From the NCBI GenBank assembly GCA_964630975.1, contig CAZVVY010000001.1:2610-66609 (forward strand): a DNA stretch of 64,000 nucleotides, written 5' to 3'. Positions within the stretch are counted from its first letter, which is position 1; each line of letters begins with the position of its first letter. The notes below the pieces were generated by a model. That model had not been told where the DNA came from. It ran no database searches and saw nothing but the letters and a program-made list of their open reading frames with translations. The translations under genes were made by a program, and so were the position numbers. Shown here in pieces: positions 51,194 through 61,530 of the stretch. The DNA comes from Candidatus Micrarchaeota archaeon (GTDB lineage: Archaea > Micrarchaeota > Micrarchaeia > Norongarragalinales > Norongarragalinaceae).

Positions 51194-52707
51194 TGCTTAT
51201 TCTTCCTGTCCAACAAGTATTTCTGTGTAGTGGCGCACACTTCGTCCAAGTGCCGCACGTTGTTTTTCACGAGTTTTTCGAGCACGCTTTTTCGCGCCGA
51301 TAGTTCGCCGTTGACTTCTTCGTCGCTCATCCCCGTGTAGTGCTTTAAGAGGTTGAGGTAAGCGCTTTCCTTGCCGGTTTTCACGAGCTTGTCGCTTACG
51401 GGCTCCCACGAATACAATACTTGCATGTCGGCTTTGCCGTCGGGAGTCGCGATTACTTCGGCTAACTCGGTTATGCGGCGAATCGAGCCCTTGCGCCGGT
51501 CGTAAATGCGGTTCTGCATCAGTATGAGGTTTAAGGCGCTGAGCATTATGTCGGGAACGCTGATGGGCGGCGAAGCCAGTCGAATCATGGTTTCCTTCGC
51601 CGAATTGGCGTGCACGGTTCCCAAACAACCCGAGTGCCCCGTGTTCATTGCGGCGAACATCGTGTAGCCTTCGGCGCCGCGGATTTCGCCCACGATGATG
51701 CGGTCGGGCCTCATGCGCAGCGAGTTTTTGACGAGCTCGTTCATATCTATTTCGCCGGTTCCTTCCATGCTCGGCGGCCTCGTCTCGAAGCGAACCCAGT
51801 GCTCGAGCGGCAGGTTTAGCTCGGCCGTGTCTTCTATTGAAAGCACGCGCTCGCGGTTTGGAATAAAGGAACACAACACGTTGAGCGTCGTGGTCTTCCC
51901 CGACGCGGTGCCCCCCGAAATCAAGGTGTTCGACGGCTTCACGCCGAGGCCGTCGGTTGCCAGCCACAAAAAGGAGGCCACTTCCGAGTCGAGGGTGCCC
52001 ACGTTGATTAAGTCGACGACGCTCATCGGGTCTTTTTGGAATTTGCGTAGCGTGAGAGTGGACCCGTCCAAGCTGATAGGGGGCAGGGTGGCGTTGACGC
52101 GCGAGCCGTCGGGCAAGCGCGCGTCGAGTATGGGGACTTGCGTGTCTATGCGGCGGCCGATGTTGCGCGCTATTCGGTCCACGAGGTCGCGAATGTCTTC
52201 GTCGTCGTAAAAATAGATGTTGGTCTTCATAGCGCCGTGCTTGCGGTGGTACACGTAAACCGGTCGGTCGGGGCCGACAATCATTATTTCTTCGAGTTTG
52301 TCGTCGCGGGTCAGCGGGTCGATTATGCCGTAGCCAATCATTTCGCGGACAACGTTTTCGGCGAAGAAGTCCTTGGAGTTTTGGGGGAGGTTGAGTTCGG
52401 GCGTTGAATCGATTATCTTCCGTATTTCCTTGAAGTAACGCTTTTCCTTTTCTTCCTGGGTGAGGCCGCGCATCGGGGGGATGACGCCGATTGCAATGTT
52501 CATCAACGACTTGATGGCTTTTTTTTCCGCTCCCTTATAGTGCGGCGAATGCACTTCGTAGTGGAGAACGGGGTCTCCGCTCACGCGGTAAACCTTGGCG
52601 CCTTCGTATTCCTCGACGAGCTCTTTCTCCGCTTTTTTCGCTTTGTCCGCGTCGCCGCCGACCTTCACTTGCTTGGCTTGTTCGACCAGCGAGTCCAAAT
52701 AACCCAT
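51190..52707 (-). CDS. Type II/IV secretion-family ATPase (archaeal FlaI/PilB/VirB11-like)
   Basis: Walker A GGTASGKTT, Asp box SIEDTAEL, Walker B …PDRIIVGEIRG, His box GHSGCLGTVHANSA. Confidence 0.8.
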   Translation of the reverse strand: MGYLDSLVEQAKQVKVGGDADKAKKAEKELVEEYEGAKVYRVSGDPVLHYEVHSPHYKGAEKKAIKSLMNIAIGVIPPMRGLTQEEKEKRYFKEIRKIIDSTPELNLPQNSKDFFAENVVREMIGYGIIDPLTRDDKLEEIMIVGPDRPVYVYHRKHGAMKTNIYFYDDEDIRDLVDRIARNIGRRIDTQVPILDARLPDGSRVNATLPPISLDGSTLTLRKFQKDPMSVVDLINVGTLDSEVASFLWLATDGLGVKPSNTLISGGTASGKTTTLNVLCSFIPNRERVLSIEDTAELNLPLEHWVRFETRPPSMEGTGEIDMNELVKNSLRMRPDRIIVGEIRGAEGYTMFAAMNTGHSGCLGTVHANSAKETMIRLASPPISVPDIMLSALNLILMQNRIYDRRKGSIRRITELAEVIATPDGKADMQVLYSWEPVSDKLVKTGKESAYLNLLKHYTGMSDEEVNGELSARKSVLEKLVKNNVRHLDEVCATTQKYLLDRKNKQ

Positions 52708-52734
52708 TTTGACGCATTCATTACCGTGAATGCA

Positions 52735-53829
52735 TTAAAAAAGTCGGTAGTTGGATTCGTCTTTCACGGAGACCAGCGAGTGCGGGTGGCTCTCTCGAAG
52801 CCCGCCGCCCGTAATCCTCACGAAAACCGCTTTTTCGCGTAATTCCTTCAGGTTTTCGGCGCCGGCGTACGCCAGCGAACTCTTCAACCCTCCCGCCAAC
52901 TGGTGCAACACGTTTTTCACGCTTCCCTTGTAGTGCGCGGTTCCTTCCACGCCTTCGGGCACGAGCTGTTTTCCGGCAACGCCTTCCTGACCGTAACGCG
53001 CCTTCGACCCTTTCTCCATTGCGGCTACGGACCCCATTCCGCGGTATGCCTTCACTTTTCTTCCGTTGGCCTCGATTACTTTTCCGGGCGCTTCCTCCGT
53101 TCCCGCGAACATCGAGCCCATCATCACGCTTGAAGCGCCGGCGGCCAAAGCCTTTGCCGCGTCCCCCGAATACTTGACGCCTCCGTCCGCTATTACCGGA
53201 ACTTTTCCAGCGCCTTCGACCGCGTCCAACACGGCCGTGAACTGCGGCACGCCGAAACCCGTAACCACCCGCGTAGTGCAAATCGCGCCCGGGCCCACGC
53301 CTACTTTTACGGCGTTTGCGCCCGCGCTCACCAAGTCTTCGGCGGCCTCCCTTGTAACCACGTTTCCGGCAACTACGTCCGCGCCCAATCCTTTCACCAC
53401 CACTTGTTTCACCGTTTCCAGCACGGTTTCGTGGTGTCCGTGCGCGCGGTCGACCACCAGCGCGTCAACCCCTGCTTTCACCAGTTCCCGCGCGCGCTCC
53501 AAGTCGCCGGCGCCTATTGCGGCCGCGCAAACGAGGCGGCCTTCGGCGTCTACCGCGGCTTCCTCGCCGGCTTCGGCTTTCTTTACTTCTTCAATCAGTC
53601 CCGCCTGTTCTTTTGCGGACAGGTTGCGGTGAATTACGCCTATTGCGCCGAGTTGAGCCATTGTAATCGCCATTCTTGCCTCGGTTACGGTGTCCATTGC
53701 CGCACTACAAAACGGCAGTTTCAAATCAATGTTTTCGGTGAACCGCGTTGAAAGGTCCGCCTTGCGGCGCGAAGCGTTCGAGCGCTGCGGCACGAGCAAC
53801 ACGTCGTCGTATGAAAGCGCTTCCCTCAC
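52735..53829 (-). CDS. guaB: IMP dehydrogenase/GMP reductase-family protein lacking the CBS subdomain
   Basis: TIM-barrel IMPDH motifs (…[14 protein letters not shown]…, …[20 protein letters not shown]…, …DGGVKYSGD…), 364 aa. Confidence 0.7.
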   Translation of the reverse strand: MREALSYDDVLLVPQRSNASRRKADLSTRFTENIDLKLPFCSAAMDTVTEARMAITMAQLGAIGVIHRNLSAKEQAGLIEEVKKAEAGEEAAVDAEGRLVCAAAIGAGDLERARELVKAGVDALVVDRAHGHHETVLETVKQVVVKGLGADVVAGNVVTREAAEDLVSAGANAVKVGVGPGAICTTRVVTGFGVPQFTAVLDAVEGAGKVPVIADGGVKYSGDAAKALAAGASSVMMGSMFAGTEEAPGKVIEANGRKVKAYRGMGSVAAMEKGSKARYGQEGVAGKQLVPEGVEGTAHYKGSVKNVLHQLAGGLKSSLAYAGAENLKELREKAVFVRITGGGLRESHPHSLVSVKDESNYRLF

Positions 53830-54332
53830 TCCAAGTTCTCCCCCTTATGCATTCCTTCATACAAGTGCTTTGATTCCTTGTCGAGCGAGGCGAACACGAG
53901 TTGCGCGATTTTCGCGCCTTTTTTGAGGCGGACGCCGCGCGGGTTGTGCACCACTAACAAGCCTTCGCCCTTGCCGTGGTAGCCCGGGTCCCACCAACCG
54001 TTGTATAAGTCGCACCCGCACCTCGCAAGAGAAGACCGCGCAAAAGTTATTGCGGCGAGGTCCGACGGAATGCGCACTTCTTCGGCGAACCGAACCTTGT
54101 AAGCTCCTTTCCCGAGTTTCACCCATTCCCCTTCAAACAACAACTCTTTTACTTCGCTTATGACGCGCTCCGAATTGTCGTAGTCGAGCGCGCCCTCGCC
54201 CGAGAACTCGAACGCCTTGTCGAGCGTCAAGTCAATGCTTGCCGGCTGCAACTGGTGCGCGGGGTCGCGCAACCCCTCCGCTATTGACTGGGTTGCAATG
54301 CGTTCGGCCAACGATTCCCTTCCCAAAATCAT
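53826..54332 (-). CDS. dcd: dCTP deaminase/dUTPase-family protein
   Basis: …QPASIDLTL… motif; probable start MILGRESLAERI. Confidence 0.7.
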   Translation of the reverse strand: MILGRESLAERIATQSIAEGLRDPAHQLQPASIDLTLDKAFEFSGEGALDYDNSERVISEVKELLFEGEWVKLGKGAYKVRFAEEVRIPSDLAAITFARSSLARCGCDLYNGWWDPGYHGKGEGLLVVHNPRGVRLKKGAKIAQLVFASLDKESKHLYEGMHKGENLE

Positions 54333-54760
54333 TTTCGTTCCCCAAAGTAAGGCGCCCAAACACGCAACTCCTTTTCCGCGTCTTCAACGCTTGCCGAACC
54401 GTGAATCGCGTTGCGCGTCTTGTCCGTCGCCCACTTCGCGCGAAACGATTCCGGTTTTGCCTGCAACGGGTCCGTCTTCCCCATCATTTCCCGGCACTTC
54501 GACACGGCGCCGTCCCCTTCGACTACGAACAACACGATTTCGTGGCCCGCCACGGACTCGACGAGCGCCCCGTAAAAGTGTTTTCCCTCGTGTTCGGCGT
54601 AATGCTCTTTCACGGTTTCCTTACTCGGAGTAACGCGCTTTTTTTGGAGTACGCGCAAGCCCGTTGCGTTGAGGCGCGCTTCCAAATCCTTTTCGGCTTC
54701 TTGTTCGCGGTCGCTTTCCGCGAGGTCGGGCTTGAAAAACAACAGGGTTTTTTCTTTCAC
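54329..54760 (-). CDS. ndk: Nucleoside diphosphate kinase
   Basis: KTLLFFKPD and NAIHGSAS (active-site His). Confidence 0.85.
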   Translation of the reverse strand: MKEKTLLFFKPDLAESDREQEAEKDLEARLNATGLRVLQKKRVTPSKETVKEHYAEHEGKHFYGALVESVAGHEIVLFVVEGDGAVSKCREMMGKTDPLQAKPESFRAKWATDKTRNAIHGSASVEDAEKELRVWAPYFGERK

Positions 54761-54942
54761 TTCTTTATTTCACCTTGTCCAATTTTTTTGCTTAACGTCT
54801 TCTCGTGTTCGTCGAGCGCCCGCACGTGCTCGTCAAGCTTTTTGGGGTGCCCGTCCATCTTTCTCACGTGCTTGTACACGTAGGCTGGCACTACGAGTTC
54901 CATCATTATCAAAAACATTTCGACTAAGAGTAAGGCGTCCAT
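54757..54942 (-). CDS. small hypothetical protein (61 aa, N-terminal hydrophobic)
   Basis: Short ORF between ndk and the giant gene; weak. Confidence 0.3.
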   Translation of the reverse strand: MDALLLVEMFLIMMELVVPAYVYKHVRKMDGHPKKLDEHVRALDEHEKTLSKKIGQGEIKK

Positions 54943-54967
54943 TACTTTTTTTTAGCGCTCGCGGGTT

Positions 54968-55306
54968 TTAATGTTTTGCGCGCGGCCGGGCCTTTTTGAG
55001 TTTGCCTACTTCCTTGCGCAACGCTTTTACTTCGTCCAACAACATTTGCTGGCTTTGCGCCATTTGCACGAGTTGGTCTTCCACGGCGGGCTTGAATTCC
55101 CCGAGTTTCACCTGCTTTTCCTCGGCCGGCTCTTCAACGGTTTCCTCTGAAACGGCGGGAAAAACGCTTTCACGGATTCCCTCCAACACGTTCAACCCTT
55201 CCTCGTTATCCTCGAAGACGTCGCTCGCGTGCTTGTACTTGTAGTAAGCGTATGCGTCGAACGCCAAAACGCCCGCGCCCAACAAAGCGAAAGTAGTCGG
55301 TTCCAT
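54968..55306 (-). CDS. small membrane-anchored coiled-coil protein
   Basis: Start at MEPTTFALLGAGVLAFDAYAYY (the upstream part of the listed ORF overlaps the giant gene); C-terminal heptad-like region. Confidence 0.4.
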   Translation of the reverse strand: MEPTTFALLGAGVLAFDAYAYYKYKHASDVFEDNEEGLNVLEGIRESVFPAVSEETVEEPAEEKQVKLGEFKPAVEDQLVQMAQSQQMLLDEVKALRKEVGKLKKARPRAKH

Positions 55307-55341
55307 ACCCTTTAACTCCGAGTTAATGTGGTATTTATGTT

Positions 55342-58300
55342 TTACCGCCGGTAGCACTTCGTTTCGGGCGTTTCGATTTCGCCTTCGAAGAAGTCGTACA
55401 ACGGACCGGGCAAGGATTCCTGCAAGTCGCTGACCCAGACACTCACGTAAAAGTCCTTTTGGCCTTGTGCGTTGGTTTCCTTGCACAAACCGTAGTCCTC
55501 TTTTATTTCGCTTTGGTACGTCCAGTCAAAACCGCTTTCCCCGCTTATTTCCAACTCGGGGTAGTCGTATAACCCTTCCCAGTCGGTGTCGATGTTTTCG
55601 TCGTACCCGTCTTGTTCTTCTCCTCCGCAATACGTTTGAATGCTTAACTCTGGCACGCGCGGCCACGGAGCGCTCTTGCTTGAAACCAAGTCCCCGTATT
55701 TGATTTTCGCGTAATCCACGTAGTACTCGAGGTTTTCTTCGTTCTTGAAGTCGTATTTCAGCTTGTAGTACAGGTCGCCGTCTTTTTGAATGTAACAATC
55801 CGAAACGTATATCGCGAAGTAGTCGGTTTCGACCGTCTCGGGTTCGGCCGTTTCCGTTTCCTCTTCAGTCGGCTTCCACTCGAACCACTCGGTTGCCGGC
55901 TCTACGCATTCTTCGTCCGGGCAAACGCGGAACGACAGCGAAACCGGTTCGTCTTCGAAGTCGTGGAATCCGATGAAGTACTTGCCTGCCTTCCAAGAAC
56001 CTTCGACAACCGTGGGGTTATCGTCCTCCTTTATTTCAGCAAATCCGTCGCCTTCGAATTCCACCGAGCTCTTTTTGAGCGTCAACTGTATTTTTGCTTT
56101 CTTGTTTTTAAAGTCGTTGAATGAATCCGCAAACTCGTAGCCATTGTCGTGCTTGTAGAGCACGTCGGCTTCCTCGATGGCGTGCTCGAAACCCGTTTTA
56201 TCTTCGGCTTCTTCTTCCTCGCGTGATTCCTCACTCGCTTTTTGCACTGCGGAATAGCCGCCGTCGTAACGCTCGTTTATTTGTTGTTCGTTCAAGGCGA
56301 TGGTGCACGCCGCGTCCTCGTAGTACTTGTTGTTCTTCTCGTAAATTACTTGTTCGCCTACTTTTACCTCGCGGCATTCTCCTTGGCCGCCGTAAACGAA
56401 CGTCGTTATTTCCGTGTCGCGTTCGTCGGGCGACCACGAGTAAACGCGTTCGTCGGCGTCGTTGCGCACCACGATTTTTTGGGGGGTGCAGTCGCCTTCT
56501 TTTTTGGCGAGGTCGCCGCATCCTGGCGCTACAAGCCAATCGCTTTTCGTGAATGAAATGGTGGAGTCGGCGGCAACGCGGTAATCGCTTTCTTCGCCGC
56601 CTTCCTCCAAGTCCTCTGTGTAGGCGAGGCGGACCGGTATTTCGCGGATTTGGTGGTCGCCGGCTTCGGTTACTTCGAGCGAGTACTTGTTGGAGGAAGC
56701 ATACTTGGTTGCCTTGGCGGCGATTACGCCGTCGTCGCAATCGATTTTCACGGAGCCCGCGTCGTCGTCGCACTCTATTCCTTCTTCGCCGGTTTCGTAT
56801 TCGGCTTGGTCTCCGCCGTGTTGGGTTGCCAGCAATTGTATTATGGAGGGCGTGAAGTCGTCTTCGGTTATGGTTACGTCCACTGTCTTGGGTTGGGTTT
56901 GGTGGCCGGCAATCCACATCTCGATTTCGCCGTCGTCGTCTTCACCGAATTCGTCGTCCTCGTATTCCACGCTTATTTTGGTGCGGCTGATTGAAGTGGA
57001 CGCTATTCCTTTCGGTTTTTCCTTCCACTTGTACAACACGTTTCCGATTGCGTTGATTTCGCGGCTGTAATGCGCCTTGCCGGTGTGCGGGTTTACTAAC
57101 AACTCTATTTCGTCGGGGAGGCCGTACTCGTCGAGGCCTTCGGAGTCAACGTTGCCTTGAATGATTCCGGCGTAGCACTCGGGGGGAATCATGGGCGCGA
57201 ACGGCATTCCTTGTTGGGTGCCGGCAAACGATTGCGGGTCTTCAACGGTTACGGTTACGGGTATGCGGCGGGTTTCGCCCGGGCCCAGTTTTACTACGAT
57301 GAATCCTTTTTGGGTGCCGCCCATTCCCGCGTTTTGGTAATAGTCGGCGCCCGTGTAACTCGCGGTTACCTCGAGTTCTTCGTCGTTGCACGCGCCGATG
57401 GTGACTTGGACCGGCGGTTTCGACTGGGCGCCGTATTGCGCCGTCGAATAACTCGCGTCGGTGTACGGGCACGCGTAAGGGTTGCTGCACACGGCGGGGT
57501 ATTGGCAGGCGTAAGGCATTTGGTTGCCGTAATACGAGCCCGTGGAAGAGTAAGAGCACGCGCCCGGGTTCGTGCACACCGCGGGGTATTGGCAGGCGGC
57601 CGGCAAGCCATAGCCATAAGAAGACGCGGCCCGGCCGTAAGTGGAGTATTGGTAGTTGCCTTGCATTCCCTGCATGTTCAGCGGGTATTGCCGGCAGTAA
57701 TCGGGGATTCCCGTTGAGTAGGGTGCTCCGAATCCCCCGCTCGCGTAACCCTCGTAAAGCGAGCCAACGTTTTGGTAATATCCCTGCATCGAGTAATCGA
57801 CTTGGAGTTGTTGCCACGGAGGCGACTGCCACGAATTCGCTTGGTATCCCCAGTAATTCGAGGGCATTCCCGCGTACTGCGAAGAGTAATAATCGGTTTC
57901 GGTCGAGGGCGCGTAATTGAAGCCGTCGACCGCGCACTCTTCGGGCGCGTTGTAAAGCGAGATTAGGAATGACTCGGAGTCGGTGGGCGCGGCATTGCTC
58001 ACCGTCAACTCTATTGAGTCGGGAAGCGTGTCGGACCCTATTTCACAAGAATAACATTTTTGCGGCTTTTGCCTTCCGAAACCCGAAGCGCAACCGTACG
58101 CGGTTACTTCGCTGCACCCGCGCGCGTCCGCCTCGGATTCGGTTAGGCACGCGTAAGGGTGAGGGCACAAGGGAGCCGGCGGGCCTTGCACGTTTAAACG
58201 GGCGAGCACGGTTTCCTCGGTTTTCGAGCGTGCGTTCACGCGGGCAGTAAAGGAAACGTAGCAATCGGCTTTGGCCGTAACGTTTTCTTCGACTACGACG

Positions 58301-61300
58301 TTTACTTGCGCTTGGTCTTCGAGTTTGAACGATTGAGGAGACGCGTAAACGAGTGCGCCCGTTTCTTCAAAGCCCCGGTAGCACCGCACGCTCGTGCTCA
58401 CCCTGCTTTCAACGGGTAACCTGGAGGTAAGCGTAATGGTTTTTCCGAGGCCGGTGCTCGTGCCCGAAAACTCTATTACTTCGGGCTCGATTAACAGGAA
58501 GTCGCCGGCGAGCGCCTCCAGCTCGCAGGACTCGTAAGTGTTAAAGCCGTCGCGTTGCACGCGGACGCCGACGGTGCCGATTGTTGACGGGTTGAGTTGC
58601 ACGGCGTACTTGCCGTTTTCGCCGTTGTCGCGCGTGCCGTCGCCCACCAAATCTATTTCCTGGCCGTTCAACGGATAGTTTTCGCAGTCGTAGAAATTTA
58701 CCCACGCGTCTTCGACCGGGCGCGAGAATTGGTCGAGCACGGTGGCGCGCACTTTTTCGTTCAACCCGGCGATCATTGATTCGGGTGAAAGCATTACCTT
58801 GAATTTGTTGGTCCCCGTAACCTTCAAACGCAATACGTGTTCTTCTGTTGCCTGCGCCGCGTCGTCGCCGTAAGCATACAACGCTATTTCGGCGAGTGAA
58901 ACCGCGCGCAATGCCGTGAACGAAATTTTTCCGCTCGTCTTTTCGCCGATTGCGGCGTCGGCCTGCATAACTCTTTCGCCCGCACTGCTTTCGAGTTGGC
59001 TCGGGTAATCCAATTCGAGGCTCGCCAAGGGCGCGTTCAACGCGAGCACTTCGTATCCGAGTTGGAATTCCTTGCCGGCTTCCACTTCAAAGCCTTCCTC
59101 TTGTTTCCTGCCGTCGTACTCGAACCACAGCGCCGTACAATAGTTTTCGCCGCACTTCAAGGTGTCCGAACCGATTACGAGTTTTTGCGAGCGCTTTTCG
59201 GCAAAACAGTAGTCCTCGTGTGAAAGCTTTTTCTTGCCCATAAGCGTAGTCAACAAGGATTGGTCGAGCGGGCTCATTACGGGGAGGCCGCTTTTTTCGG
59301 CGTAAGCATGGTAGTAAAGCGTTGACTCGTCGCCTTTTTGCGCGCTCGGGCTGGAAAACAATTCCACTTCGATTTCGGCGGTGCCCGTGAAGCCCTTTGG
59401 GAACTCGGCGCGCACCCAATTATAGTATTCGTAGTCGGGCGCGTATTCTCCTTCTTCGCTTTCAATCGTTTCGCCGCACTCCGCGTCCAGGTAAGAACCC
59501 TTGCTTATTTCTGTTCGCGGCGCGTTCACCGACTTTATTGCGAACGCTTCGTCTTCCACGAACACGGCGTCGCCCAGTTTGATGGATGCCGTCGCTTCTT
59601 CGAGTTCGCTGGACGGCACGTTGACGAGGAAGCGCGCCGTGAAATATTCGGCGTTGGCTGCTTCCTCCACTTTTTCCCCGTTCGAATCATACAAACCGTC
59701 GAAGGTTATACTGAGAGAGTCCGCGAGGGCGCGCGGATACAACTCGACTTGCACGCTCAAGGTTTCTCCGGGCGCCACTATCTTGTTGACGGTTACGCCG
59801 TCCAAGTAGCCGTCCGATTCCGCCGTCAAGTAAAGCTCGGTTTCGGGGGCGGCCGAAAAGTCGCACGGGTTTTGCCCGCATTCTTCGAGTGCTTCGCCGT
59901 CCGCCCACAGCGTTATGCGCGCGCCGTCAATCGTTTCGCCGTTGGATGCGTCGACCGCTTCCGCGGTTATGGTGCCCGGCACGGGCTCGAGAACGATGAA
60001 TAATTCGGCTTCGTCGTACGCCTGCACGGCATCGCTTCTGCCTTTCTTGTAGCCCAGGGAAGCCGCGGCAACCAAGTCGTAAGCGGTTCCCGCAAGGTTT
60101 TTTGGAATGTTGAAAGCGGTGATGCCGTCGGCGCCCGTGCGCTTGGCGGGATAGCCGAGCTGGAAGCCGTCGGCCTTGAACAAGGTTACGAGTGCGTTCG
60201 GGGCGGGTTCGCCCGTTACGGCGTCCTTGGCGTGCACCTTTATTGCGGCGGTGCTTCCGGCAACCGCTTTTTCAAGCATTAATTTCTTGGTTTCCCCCGA
60301 GGAAACGAAGTCTTGCGCGGGCAAGTAACCTTCTTTGTATGCGGTCAAGTAAAACTCCTTGTTTTTGGCTATCGCGATTGTTGCCTTGCCGTCGGCGCCC
60401 GTGTTTGCTTCGGCGAGCAGGGAGCCGCTCAACCTCTCGAAAACCATTATGTTTGCTCCGGCAAGCGCTTCACCGCTTTCGGCTGCAATGCTTACGCGTA
60501 ACTCGCCTTCACCCGCCTCTTTTTTTTCGAGCCGGATGCGCGCCGCTTCGCCGCCCGCCGTAAACGATTCGGTTGAAGCGTAAGCCGCGTAAACCCCGCT
60601 CGGGTCGAACGCGTTGACTTTGAATTGCCAGGCGTTTGGCACTCCCGTGAATTCTGCCGCGCCGCTTGAATCGGTTTGGCCTTGGCGTTGCGCGGCTTGC
60701 GTGTTTGAGTCGGAGAGGGAAACGATTATGCCTTTCAACGGGTTGCCTTGCCCGTCTTCCACTAAGACGTACGCGTTAACCGATTCTTCTTCGTGTTCGT
60801 CGGCGTTGCGCGACAACTCGATTACTATGGGGCTTTCCCACTCGTATTTGTAAACCGTTTTTTGGTTGGATTGGAAGCCGTCGGCGTTGGCTTGAACGGT
60901 TCCCGTCGAATCCATTTCTCCGGGCACTTCCAAACCTATTTCCCCGAAGGCGTCGGTTCGGCCGGCTTCCGTGGTGCCGTCGTCGAGCAATAATACTACT
61001 TGAGCGCCTTCCACGTCGTGGCCGGTCGAGTCTCGCACGCGCACGGTTACCTGGGTGGCCGGCGGCGTGGACGAATCCAAGTAAACGGTTTTGCCCGCGG
61101 TTACGGGCTGCATTCGGTAGGCTTGATAGCCGCTTGCGTCAATGCTTGCCTTCAACGACTCGTAGTTGACGCCCTTGAATTCGACTCGGCCGTAATCGTC
61201 GGTCGTACCCGACCATTCCTTGCCGTCCTCATTGTAAAGCGTGACTACCGCCATCCTGACGGCGTCCCCTTCCTGCGAGAAAACTTTCAGGCTTACGTCG

Positions 61301-61467
61301 CTGGTTTCCGGGGCGAAAGGCGACAAGCCGGGAGTCAACAAGAGGGCGGCGCCGATTACGGTTGCCAAGAATATTGCGGGCACGAGGATTGCCGGCTTGG
61401 GCAATCCTTTTTCCGCGAGAGAGTCGAGGAAACCCTCGTACTTGTACTTCAATTCTTCAAAATTCAA
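55342..61467 (-). CDS. giant (2041 aa) membrane-anchored surface protein: about 6 transthyretin/CarboxypepD_reg-like repeats, SYGQ-rich low-complexity region with Cys-motif tandem repeats, acidic C-terminal region
   Basis: N-terminal TM; repeated …VxVxDxxGxPxxGAxVxL…TDxxGxxxF… units (aa about 50-560); LCR YYSSQYAGMPSNYWGYQ…SYGYGLPAACQYPAVCTNPGACSYSSTGSYYGNQMPYACQYPAVCSNPYACPYTD (nt about 57420-57895). TTG start. Confidence 0.7.
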   Translation of the reverse strand: MNFEELKYKYEGFLDSLAEKGLPKPAILVPAIFLATVIGAALLLTPGLSPFAPETSDVSLKVFSQEGDAVRMAVVTLYNEDGKEWSGTTDDYGRVEFKGVNYESLKASIDASGYQAYRMQPVTAGKTVYLDSSTPPATQVTVRVRDSTGHDVEGAQVVLLLDDGTTEAGRTDAFGEIGLEVPGEMDSTGTVQANADGFQSNQKTVYKYEWESPIVIELSRNADEHEEESVNAYVLVEDGQGNPLKGIIVSLSDSNTQAAQRQGQTDSSGAAEFTGVPNAWQFKVNAFDPSGVYAAYASTESFTAGGEAARIRLEKKEAGEGELRVSIAAESGEALAGANIMVFERLSGSLLAEANTGADGKATIAIAKNKEFYLTAYKEGYLPAQDFVSSGETKKLMLEKAVAGSTAAIKVHAKDAVTGEPAPNALVTLFKADGFQLGYPAKRTGADGITAFNIPKNLAGTAYDLVAAASLGYKKGRSDAVQAYDEAELFIVLEPVPGTITAEAVDASNGETIDGARITLWADGEALEECGQNPCDFSAAPETELYLTAESDGYLDGVTVNKIVAPGETLSVQVELYPRALADSLSITFDGLYDSNGEKVEEAANAEYFTARFLVNVPSSELEEATASIKLGDAVFVEDEAFAIKSVNAPRTEISKGSYLDAECGETIESEEGEYAPDYEYYNWVRAEFPKGFTGTAEIEVELFSSPSAQKGDESTLYYHAYAEKSGLPVMSPLDQSLLTTLMGKKKLSHEDYCFAEKRSQKLVIGSDTLKCGENYCTALWFEYDGRKQEEGFEVEAGKEFQLGYEVLALNAPLASLELDYPSQLESSAGERVMQADAAIGEKTSGKISFTALRAVSLAEIALYAYGDDAAQATEEHVLRLKVTGTNKFKVMLSPESMIAGLNEKVRATVLDQFSRPVEDAWVNFYDCENYPLNGQEIDLVGDGTRDNGENGKYAVQLNPSTIGTVGVRVQRDGFNTYESCELEALAGDFLLIEPEVIEFSGTSTGLGKTITLTSRLPVESRVSTSVRCYRGFEETGALVYASPQSFKLEDQAQVNVVVEENVTAKADCYVSFTARVNARSKTEETVLARLNVQGPPAPLCPHPYACLTESEADARGCSEVTAYGCASGFGRQKPQKCYSCEIGSDTLPDSIELTVSNAAPTDSESFLISLYNAPEECAVDGFNYAPSTETDYYSSQYAGMPSNYWGYQANSWQSPPWQQLQVDYSMQGYYQNVGSLYEGYASGGFGAPYSTGIPDYCRQYPLNMQGMQGNYQYSTYGRAASSYGYGLPAACQYPAVCTNPGACSYSSTGSYYGNQMPYACQYPAVCSNPYACPYTDASYSTAQYGAQSKPPVQVTIGACNDEELEVTASYTGADYYQNAGMGGTQKGFIVVKLGPGETRRIPVTVTVEDPQSFAGTQQGMPFAPMIPPECYAGIIQGNVDSEGLDEYGLPDEIELLVNPHTGKAHYSREINAIGNVLYKWKEKPKGIASTSISRTKISVEYEDDEFGEDDDGEIEMWIAGHQTQPKTVDVTITEDDFTPSIIQLLATQHGGDQAEYETGEEGIECDDDAGSVKIDCDDGVIAAKATKYASSNKYSLEVTEAGDHQIREIPVRLAYTEDLEEGGEESDYRVAADSTISFTKSDWLVAPGCGDLAKKEGDCTPQKIVVRNDADERVYSWSPDERDTEITTFVYGGQGECREVKVGEQVIYEKNNKYYEDAACTIALNEQQINERYDGGYSAVQKASEESREEEEAEDKTGFEHAIEEADVLYKHDNGYEFADSFNDFKNKKAKIQLTLKKSSVEFEGDGFAEIKEDDNPTVVEGSWKAGKYFIGFHDFEDEPVSLSFRVCPDEECVEPATEWFEWKPTEEETETAEPETVETDYFAIYVSDCYIQKDGDLYYKLKYDFKNEENLEYYVDYAKIKYGDLVSSKSAPWPRVPELSIQTYCGGEEQDGYDENIDTDWEGLYDYPELEISGESGFDWTYQSEIKEDYGLCKETNAQGQKDFYVSVWVSDLQESLPGPLYDFFEGEIETPETKCYRR
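57480..57640 (-). repeat. about 78-bp tandem duplication encoding the P(A/Y)ACQYPAVC(T/S)NP(G/Y)AC units
   Basis: gcacac(g/c)gcggggtattggcaggcg occurs twice about 78 nt apart. Confidence 0.5.
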
Positions 61468-61530
61468 TTGCGAACACCCCGGTAAAGCATTAACTTAGAT
61501 ATGGTTTGCGGGGGTTAAAAAAAGTCGCAT

